Source: Anaerolineaceae bacterium (GTDB lineage Bacteria > Chloroflexota > Anaerolineae > Anaerolineales > Anaerolineaceae). From it: DNA of 64,000 bases. The stretch spans positions 240,177 to 304,176 of the forward strand of contig JAXGNB010000002.1 of NCBI GenBank assembly GCA_040768265.1. The letters are read 5' to 3'. How positions within the stretch are numbered: position 1 is the stretch's first letter; every line of letters begins with the position of its first letter. Positions 36,926-44,164 of the stretch are shown in pieces. The notes under the pieces were generated by a model that saw nothing but the letters and a program-made list of their open reading frames with translations, did not search any database and was not told where the DNA came from. A program made the translations under genes and the position numbers.

Positions 36926-37324
36926 GTAGGGGTCACCCCCCGTGGTGACCCGCCAACTCTGCCTGCCAAAATGCCGTCGCAGGCAAGGTGCCCGACGGTT
37001 CCACCGCATCCGGTTGACGCAGGCGTCAACCCTACCAGACGATGTTGTTAGTTCTTAGGCCGGATTGCGCCTTCTTTGCGCACTCCGCCAATTAAATCGA
37101 AATCGTCGGAGTGAGCCCGCGGGAGGTGAATAATTAATAAATGTTACAAGGCGGTCTCATTCCGACCTACGGGAACTGACGTCATGAGTGTTGGCAAAAA
37201 TTGCTCAACAATGGGAAGTTTTCTTGCGCTAATCTGCCCAGTAGTGGCGGATGATTGTTGTAGGGAACGGTCTTGCACCGTTCCGTTTGCCTAAGTTGCG
37301 GAAGGGGTCGAGCCCCTTCCCTAC
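36926..37324. repeat. Cluster of GTAG/CTAC-headed hairpin repeats (REP/BIME-like)
   Basis: GTAGGGGTCACC..GGTGACCC at 36926-36951; GGTTGACGC-ag-GCGTCAACCCTAC at 37012-37035; a two-hairpin element at 37055-37170; GTAGGGAACGGT-cttgc-ACCGTTCC at 37259-37284; GGAAGGGGT-cga-GCCCCTTCCCTAC at 37300-37324. Confidence 0.8.
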
Positions 37325-37519
37325 AACAGAAGCGTTGTCGATTTTGCAATGTCATCGAACCTGCCCCTCATATTAAACGCGTATGGTTACTTGTCTTCAC
37401 GGCTGAAACGTGGATACACCTCTACGATTCTGGATACTCTGTATGGCATGATCTGTTTGAAAGGTAAAAGTGTAAACAATCACCCTAAACAAACTGTAAA
37501 CCATCATTGTCTTGACACA

Positions 37520-37754
37520 GGCCATCGACCCTACGAGGGGTTTTTGCGTACGGAGGGGGTTTACTCCCTCCGCCAGATTCCAACAATTATTAAATAATGC
37601 AGAAACTTCCTTTACAGACCCAGTAGGGAAAAGACCTGCCTTTTCCTTGTTTTTTGGCACAGCCGTCAACTCTTCATCAAAATCCTGCCGGTTGACGCAG
37701 GGATCAACCCTACCACAATTGATGATCGCGTAGGGCTGATCCCTGGGGAACTAC
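37520..37754. repeat. Second cluster of GTAG/CTAC-headed hairpins
   Basis: GGCCATCGACCCTAC at 37520-37534; CGGAGGG-ggtttact-CCCTCCG at 37551-37572; GTAGGGAAAAG-acctgc-CTTTTCC at 37623-37646; GGTTGACGC-ag-GGATCAACCCTAC at 37690-37713; GTAGGGctgatCCCT..CTAC at 37730-37754. Confidence 0.75.
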
Positions 37755-37761
37755 GTAAATC

Positions 37762-39177
37762 TTACTTTACGATCATAGGCAATTGCGCCGTCCAGGCCTG
37801 GGTGCTGAATATCGTGTCGTAGCAATCATCCCAGACACCCGAGAAGTAAATGCCATTTGACGCGATTTCGCCAATTGGCAGGTTCGTAAGACAATTCGTG
37901 TCATACACTTTGACTTTTGACGCGATTCCGTCAAACACAAAGAATTCGTTCAATACAAGGTTTGATTCTCCCCAGGCCATCATCGGGAAGTGATTAGCCG
38001 AAGATTGGGGTCGCGCGATTACTGGCGTCATCTCCAAATCATATTTGAAGGTTGCTGATCCTGAGGAAGGCTGCATTGGCGGGTCTGAACTGAAGGCATC
38101 AAACTTATAATATACCTGTTCAACTCCAGTGGGTGAGGTGTTATCATCACCAATGAAGCTGAGATACAGGTAATCATCCATACCCAGGATTTCCACATCA
38201 TCTATGACCGAGACGCTGTCCCAACTGGATGGCAAATCCACCTGCACATCCAATTTTTCCGTGCAGCCTGCGGCTGCGCATGAGCTAACCCAGATTTGGT
38301 CTACCGCGCCCGGATGGTAGCCGCTGGCAAGCGCTACTCGTTGAGTGGTGCCGTCCTGGTAAAAAGACAAGCTCACAGGGATGTCCTGATCTTGAGCAGA
38401 GTTAGTAACTGGCACCCATATTTGGCTCATCTGCCCGTCCGCCAGCGTGCTGCGGTTGGAACGCAACTCCAAGCGTTCACTGAAGGGAGGGGTTCCAGTG
38501 ACCGTCCAGTTGTAATGGAAGCCAACATGCAGATATCCACCCTCATCGATTCCCAGATCCAGACTGAAAAAGTTGACGGTCTCAAAATTATCAATGAACC
38601 AGGCAACCCTTCCCGCGTAGGTTGGCGTATCGGAGATCTTCCTGTACCACAGATCAGCTGTCCGTCCGTCTGAATAGGGTCGGTCATAGACGGCATAGGC
38701 TGTGCTACCTTTGGCAATCACCATTACATTGCCAGCAGTTTGCTCCGTGCCATCAAGGGGGTCGCAGTCCCTGTCGTAACCGCCAATGGGTGGAACCAGT
38801 GGGATCTGCTGATAACAGGCGAACTTTTCTGTGCCGCCGCGTTGTTCAACCCAGGTCACGTAAGCAAATCCGTTATCCAACACGGCAATGTCAGGGTCAT
38901 ATTGTTTCCAGTTCGTCCCGGACCCACCCATCACCATTGTTATCCTGCCTAATGGGTCTACCTCCCCGAAACGGGTGCGGTAATATACGATGCGGTTCGC
39001 CACAACGCCCGCAATATGCGAGCGTCCAGCCGCGTCGACCGCGATTACGGCGTGCTCCACCTGGTCACCAGCAGAGATGTGAATTTCTGTCGGAGGTGAA
39101 AAGGTTGTGGGAACACAGGCACCTAATATAAACGTTAAAAGTAAAAAGAATGTCCAAATGCTGGCTTTGCCTTTCAT
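37762..39177 (-). CDS. Hypothetical secreted lipoprotein (beta-rich, possibly a propeller)
   Basis: The likely start is MKGKASIWTFFLLLTFILGAC (signal peptide plus lipobox); the track ORF extends to 39210. No family recognised. Confidence 0.6.
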   Translation of the reverse strand: MKGKASIWTFFLLLTFILGACVPTTFSPPTEIHISAGDQVEHAVIAVDAAGRSHIAGVVANRIVYYRTRFGEVDPLGRITMVMGGSGTNWKQYDPDIAVLDNGFAYVTWVEQRGGTEKFACYQQIPLVPPIGGYDRDCDPLDGTEQTAGNVMVIAKGSTAYAVYDRPYSDGRTADLWYRKISDTPTYAGRVAWFIDNFETVNFFSLDLGIDEGGYLHVGFHYNWTVTGTPPFSERLELRSNRSTLADGQMSQIWVPVTNSAQDQDIPVSLSFYQDGTTQRVALASGYHPGAVDQIWVSSCAAAGCTEKLDVQVDLPSSWDSVSVIDDVEILGMDDYLYLSFIGDDNTSPTGVEQVYYKFDAFSSDPPMQPSSGSATFKYDLEMTPVIARPQSSANHFPMMAWGESNLVLNEFFVFDGIASKVKVYDTNCLTNLPIGEIASNGIYFSGVWDDCYDTIFSTQAWTAQLPMIVK

Positions 39178-39344
39178 GGTATCTATCCTCCTTGTAATAG
39201 GTGCATACAATCCGTTGAGGAGTGTATGCGTGTGGTGGATTATTCGTAATGTAATTAATGGATGATCTCAGACGAGGTCGGGGGAGTTTGTATCTATACT
39301 ATAGCAAATTTTTACCTGAAATTCAATAAGGATTCAACCATTCT

Positions 39345-40550
39345 TGTGAGTAGGTCAGCACATGGTATACACTTTTTAGATAAGTCATACGAGTTGTACC
39401 GGGATCGATGTCTGGAGTTATGGGGGATAAGATATGAAGACATCGAGGTGTACATTGATCAAAGCTATAACCCACTTAGACTACCAAGAGTTGAGGCAGA
39501 TTAGTCCGGAGGCAGCCAGACGAGCGATCCTACAGGTTTTGAAGGCACACAAGGGGAATGTGACAGCGACAGCCAGGATCTTGAGTGTCAGCCGGGCGAC
39601 AATCTACAAAGCAATCCGCAAGAGTGAGGCGGGGGATTTGAAAGATGGATCAAAAGCGCCACACCGGGTACACAACAAAACGAGTGCCGGGATTGAAGCC
39701 AGGATCCTGGAGCTGAGAGAAAAGACCCGCTATGGACCTGTCAGGCTGAAAGATGAACTGGAGGCGCTGGATGGTTTGACGATGTCTGAACACACCATCC
39801 GCAACATTCTCAGACGCAACAGAACTCACTCGAAGCTGAAGCCTCACAAACCCCATAAAAAAGGCTCACGTCCTTATGTGGATTGGTATCAGGCCAAAGC
39901 GTTTGAAATCGTGCAAATTGACCTCAAATATGTCGTGGACCAAAAAGCGCTGACCCTGGAGCAGATCCGTCACTTTCACTCGAAACAGTTTCCTCTCTAT
40001 CAGTGGACTGCTGTCGATGTTAACTCCCGCTTCAAACTGATGGCTTACTCTGATCAGAAAAGCTGGACCAATGGCCTGACTTTCTTTCTGTGGGTGCTTT
40101 CCTGGCTCAGAAGTCACGGTGTCTCGGTGCCCATCGTCTTTACTGTGGATCGGGGTGAGGAGTTTGGTGGGAAATCCTGGCTCAAACTCATCGAACTCAG
40201 AAAACTCCTGTCTGGATTTGGCTGTTCAATTATCCAGAACCATGCTGCCAGCCCTCAGGAGAACGCGCATGTTGAACGCTCCCACCGTACCGATGACGAG
40301 GAGTTTTATATCCCCAGATTGCTTTCCATTCATTCCCAAAAGGACTTCTTCCTTGAAGCTATGAATTATCTCTATTACTACAATGCTGTCAGAAAACATT
40401 CATCCTTACAAAGACTTTCTCCCTGGCAGCATCTGGTTGCTACCTCCCCTGATTTAGATGCTAGAATCAGGTTTGTTCCTCCCATCCTTCTGGACAATAT
40501 CGCCGTCCAGCTCGGTGACTGGAGTGGATACCATCTGCTGGCTCAGTACC
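39345..40550 (+). mobile_element. IS481-family insertion sequence, copy A (1206 bp)
   Basis: The boundaries are set by where identity with copy B (offset +10461) begins and ends. The left end is TGTGAG. Imperfect terminal IRs have the core CAGCA(C/G)ATGGTAT(A/C)CAC. The element is flanked by the direct repeat GATTCAACCATTC(T/C) at 39331-39344 and 40551-40564. Confidence 0.85.
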
Positions 40551-40585
40551 GATTCAACCATTCCTGCTTTAAATGTAACTTCTAA
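39434..40585 (+). CDS. IS481-family DDE transposase (HTH plus rve integrase core)
   Basis: N-terminal HTH (TATARILSVSRATIYKAIRK) and an rve core (VQIDLKYV...WTAVDVNSRF...ERSHRTDDEEF). The last 35 nt, including the stop, lie outside the IS. Confidence 0.85.
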   Translation: MKTSRCTLIKAITHLDYQELRQISPEAARRAILQVLKAHKGNVTATARILSVSRATIYKAIRKSEAGDLKDGSKAPHRVHNKTSAGIEARILELREKTRYGPVRLKDELEALDGLTMSEHTIRNILRRNRTHSKLKPHKPHKKGSRPYVDWYQAKAFEIVQIDLKYVVDQKALTLEQIRHFHSKQFPLYQWTAVDVNSRFKLMAYSDQKSWTNGLTFFLWVLSWLRSHGVSVPIVFTVDRGEEFGGKSWLKLIELRKLLSGFGCSIIQNHAASPQENAHVERSHRTDDEEFYIPRLLSIHSQKDFFLEAMNYLYYYNAVRKHSSLQRLSPWQHLVATSPDLDARIRFVPPILLDNIAVQLGDWSGYHLLAQYRFNHSCFKCNF

Positions 40586-40619
40586 TTCCCGGGATTAATG
40601 AATTATGGACAAAAAGAAA

Positions 40620-40643
40620 GAAGCCGGCTTTGCAACCGGCTTC
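40620..40643 (-). terminator. Rho-independent terminator of the 1016-aa subtilase gene
   Basis: GAAGCCGG-ctttgcaa-CCGGCTTC, followed on the minus strand by tttctttttgt. Confidence 0.65.
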
Positions 40644-40669
40644 TTTTGTTCGTCATCAGGTAAATTCTG

Positions 40670-43600
40670 CTACCTGGTCAGCAGGGGCAGGTAAATGGAT
40701 TTGTCCAAAACCGGAGGAGCTTTGTAAAGATTGAAGTCGAGCATTCCAACATCATTCTTAATGCTGGCGGTCGAACCAATGCTAAACCAGCCATACCAGA
40801 CTTCTTTGGTGTTGAATTCCGCACCAAGATCCCAGTCAACCGTGAGATCGAAAGCAGTCAGGGCAGGTACGCTAGCAGGCCCAGCGATGCTGTAGTTGCT
40901 GCCGCCCGACTTTGGCACAAAGCCATAAGCCAGTCTGACCGGATCTTGCACGCCAGGTTCAGAGCTTTCCCAGTTTTGCACCAAAATCCAGCAGGTGCCC
41001 GAGAAGTTGGGTTGGAATATATTCAGGTATTCCATTGGACCAGGCTCCGTCGATGCGGCTTTCTCAAGTGCTGGGTGTGGAGAACCAACACCAACAAAGA
41101 CGTCCAGATCCGTGGAAGTTGTTTCGAGAATTTCAACCACCATGCGCTGTTGATTGCTTGGGCAAGTGGTAGTTACATACCAGACATCAGCCAACGCGTC
41201 GTAGGGGTCTCCGTTTGTGGGATCCTGCGCCAGATTGAAAGAAGCAACCGTGGCAGGGGTCAGACCATAACGCACATTCGACAACGAGGTGATCGGGTCA
41301 ACATAATATTGCTCTTCAAAAACATACTGACCGATGGGGTCGGTGATAGTTTGGCGCAGTTCGTCTGGCAGGGTTGACCCCTCCACAGAGGACTTAGCCG
41401 CCAGGCTTAAGGCCGTAGTGCTGATTGGTTTGCCACTCGCAAAGGTGTCAGCGGTCTCAAAGCTGATCCGCCCAAACTGCCACTCCCCGCCTGAGAGTAA
41501 GGAGGGCGCCACGTGCACGGTGACCGTTTGCGTGCCGCCAGCCGGGATAGTGAAGCCGGTCGCGGGCGTGGTGCTGATTGCAACGCCTTCGGTTTGCTCG
41601 ATCGCGATGGTGTAGTCGGTTTCAACCCCGGCAACATTCGTAAACGTTCGCGTAAAGCTGCAGCCGCCCATGCAATTGCTGTTCTGATAGGAGGGAATGT
41701 TCAGAGTGCGGATATCCCCGCCTGCGGCAGGATTCGCGGCAACATAATCGGCATAACTCTCTTCCATCACCAGGCCAGCCAGTGCGGCCTTGGTCATATC
41801 AATCCTACCGTTGCCATAGATAAATGGCGTTACCGGGCTGAGGTCATGATCCACAGATGTGCCTGCCAGGGCAGTCATGATAATCGCCGAGCGGATTGCA
41901 GAGGCGCTCCAAGCTGGGTAAAGCGATCGCATCACCGCGGCTGAACCAGCCACGTGCGGACCTGCCATGGAAGTGCCCGACATCAGATCAATTTCGCCAG
42001 GTCCCGAGTAGGCTGCCAGGATATTTGTGCCCGGAGCAACCAGGTCGGGTTCGAGCATTTCAAAATTGGTGATCGGACCCCTGGAGCTGCCAGAAGCCAT
42101 AATATCGCCCCATTCAGGTCGCGTGCCTGAGGAAAGGTCCTTCAGGATGGTGATGGTCATTGGGCTGCTTGCGACAGCTTCCATCTCCAAGCCATCTTCA
42201 AGTGAGATCATCGCACCGGGCATCGGAACAGCCCCGGTTTCGGTCCCCATGATGATGGGAGCACCAGGCGCGTTATTATAAACAAGTCCAAAGACAGCAC
42301 CAGCGTCAAACATGAACTGAAGCTTATCTTTAAAGGCGCAGGTGCCGCGCTTGACGATGCCCACTTTTCCCGTCAGATCCTGGGTCCAGGCTGCGCAGCC
42401 CTCCAAATTGCCCGCATTGCCGCCCCAGACCAGGTCCAGACCGGTCAGGTTTGTCGCCAGAGCCGGGGCAAGATCTGAGCTGGCAGGCAGAGCAATTGAT
42501 TCAAGATCATCGCTGCCTGGGTTGATCGTGACAGGATAACCAAAAACGCGTCCATGCTGGGTGTTGCCAGTCACCAAAGCCCACGGGGGAAGCTTATAGA
42601 TGGTGGACTCTGCCGGACCTGAGTTGCCGGCAGAGGTTGCCGTGGTGACGCCAACCTTGAAGGCTTCCAGGAAGGCCAATTCGGTGCTGTCGGTCCATGG
42701 GCTGCGGGCAGGACCGCTTGTGGGTCCAATCGAGAAGTTGAGGACGTCCACGCCATCCGCAATTGCCTGGTTGACAGCAGCGGTAGAAGCGCTGGTTGGA
42801 CAGCCAGAGCTGGAGCAAACCTTGTAAGCGATGATCTGGGCATTGGGTGCCATACCAGAGATGACAACGTTTGCTCCACCATAATTTATACTGATCCGGT
42901 TGCCAGCAGAGGTGCTGGCAGTGTGGGAACCGTGGTCTTCTGTGTCGTGACCATCTCCGCCAGTAACGTAGTCATACACACCGAGCAATTTGTCATTGCA
43001 GACATGTCCGGTGGGGTCTGACGCGCACAGACCCTTGTAAACACCTTCTCCATAAGGATTGACGTATACGTATGGGTCAAGCGGGGTAGTCTCTGCAAAA
43101 CTTGGGTGGATCATGTTGATGCCGGTATCAATGATGCCAACAATGGTGCCGGCGCCTTTAGCGCCTGTTCCGCTTGGAACAGCGCTTCCATCCCAGATAT
43201 GGTCAATCCCAATGAATTCCGGGCTGACATCTGTATCGAGGTAATACACATCGTCCACGAAAACCTCGCGAACCTCCGGCTGCTTGCGCAGCAGGGCGGC
43301 TTCCTCAAGGTTCATACGCGCTGAAAAGCCATTCAGGACGTAATCGTAGCGATAGAGCACTTCCAAATCCCGACCCAACAGAGATTCTGCTTTCGCGATG
43401 AAAGAGTCCATATTTGCGTTCAAATACTGCAGATAAGCGACCGCTTCGGGGGAATTCACATCGAGTTTGCCCGATTCATCCCGTGGGGCAGCCGCAAAAA
43501 TCGCGTTACCACCCTCATAGGTTGCCAGGGAAGGCTCGACCAGTTGGATGGTGAAGCTGTCTGCTTTGGCAGCCGCGTCCAACCATTGCTGTTCCTCGGT

Positions 43601-43720
43601 TGAAACAACAGGGGTATCAGTCGGCGGAAGCGCGCGTTCAGGAACAGCGGCAACCACCGGGCTCACCACCAAGGCAGCGAGCAGAAGGAAACTAATTACT
43701 CTGGTTACAACTTTTAACAT
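40670..43720 (-). CDS. Secreted S8A subtilisin-like serine protease with an I9 propeptide, a PA-domain insert and C-terminal beta domains (1016 aa)
   Basis: Signal peptide. An inhibitor-I9-like segment (YRYDYVLNGFSARMNLEEAALL). Catalytic Asp (VGIIDTGIN), His (HGSHTASTSAGN) and Ser (SGTSMAGPHVAGSAAV). A PA-like insert (GKVGIVKRGTCAFKDK). AAGGAG RBS. Confidence 0.9.
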   Translation of the reverse strand: MLKVVTRVISFLLLAALVVSPVVAAVPERALPPTDTPVVSTEEQQWLDAAAKADSFTIQLVEPSLATYEGGNAIFAAAPRDESGKLDVNSPEAVAYLQYLNANMDSFIAKAESLLGRDLEVLYRYDYVLNGFSARMNLEEAALLRKQPEVREVFVDDVYYLDTDVSPEFIGIDHIWDGSAVPSGTGAKGAGTIVGIIDTGINMIHPSFAETTPLDPYVYVNPYGEGVYKGLCASDPTGHVCNDKLLGVYDYVTGGDGHDTEDHGSHTASTSAGNRISINYGGANVVISGMAPNAQIIAYKVCSSSGCPTSASTAAVNQAIADGVDVLNFSIGPTSGPARSPWTDSTELAFLEAFKVGVTTATSAGNSGPAESTIYKLPPWALVTGNTQHGRVFGYPVTINPGSDDLESIALPASSDLAPALATNLTGLDLVWGGNAGNLEGCAAWTQDLTGKVGIVKRGTCAFKDKLQFMFDAGAVFGLVYNNAPGAPIIMGTETGAVPMPGAMISLEDGLEMEAVASSPMTITILKDLSSGTRPEWGDIMASGSSRGPITNFEMLEPDLVAPGTNILAAYSGPGEIDLMSGTSMAGPHVAGSAAVMRSLYPAWSASAIRSAIIMTALAGTSVDHDLSPVTPFIYGNGRIDMTKAALAGLVMEESYADYVAANPAAGGDIRTLNIPSYQNSNCMGGCSFTRTFTNVAGVETDYTIAIEQTEGVAISTTPATGFTIPAGGTQTVTVHVAPSLLSGGEWQFGRISFETADTFASGKPISTTALSLAAKSSVEGSTLPDELRQTITDPIGQYVFEEQYYVDPITSLSNVRYGLTPATVASFNLAQDPTNGDPYDALADVWYVTTTCPSNQQRMVVEILETTSTDLDVFVGVGSPHPALEKAASTEPGPMEYLNIFQPNFSGTCWILVQNWESSEPGVQDPVRLAYGFVPKSGGSNYSIAGPASVPALTAFDLTVDWDLGAEFNTKEVWYGWFSIGSTASIKNDVGMLDFNLYKAPPVLDKSIYLPLLTR

Positions 43721-44099
43721 GCTTGGATCTCCTTGTTTTCGATAAGATTGAAGAGTGTCAATGATTGCCTTAAAACAAATTCGCGTAGATCATCTCCCTT
43801 AATAGAAAGAAACAGGAAATATTTATTTAAGATTTTGCTTTTAGGCTTTAAATATAACATAAGCGCGTGAGAATCAACATTTATTTGCGGCTTTTCTTCT
43901 TTAATTTTCTCACCAATTTCTTGCCGGACAATTTTTCCCACCTGCGGGCATTAATAGCTGCTTATTACTGTCAAAGGGGGCTGACTATTGATTTGCCATA
44001 TTCTTTTCTTGTCCTGCCTGGTTAGAAGCAGAACAGGATAAGGAGAATTCATTATCTCAATTACTCGACGAAGTTACCTGCTCTAAGACTTAAACAATG

Positions 44100-44120
44100 G
44101 AGCGGCTTTCAGCCGCTCCT
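44100..44120 (-). terminator. Hairpin downstream of the 1787-aa subtilase gene
   Basis: GGAGCGGCT-ttc-AGCCGCTCC, a 9-bp stem. The T-tract is stronger on the plus strand, so the assignment is tentative. Confidence 0.45.
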
Positions 44121-44164
44121 TTGTTCTTGTATTCAATGCCCGACAAAGTCAGGCAGAAAGCATT

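Noticed and set aside
36600-37760. Search for rpsJ, a tRNA or a small RNA gene in the 1.2-kb gap upstream of rplC
   Set aside because: I found no ORF with S10-like sequence and no cloverleaf-compatible segment. The ORFs listed there (36729-36929, 36806-37051, 37273-37467, 37349-37597 and others) run through hairpin repeats.
39347-39360. The IS left end contains GTAGGTCAGC, which resembles the REP head GTAGGTCAGGTT
   Set aside because: The match is only 9 nt and there is no adjoining palindrome in the IS end. That is too short to distinguish from chance without genome-wide statistics.
43714-43941. 75-aa minus-strand ORF in the AT-rich spacer between the two subtilase genes
   Set aside because: It overlaps the start of the 1016-aa protease gene and is a Lys/Ile/Leu-rich product of AT-rich DNA with no RBS. 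The spacer is more likely promoter or regulatory DNA.
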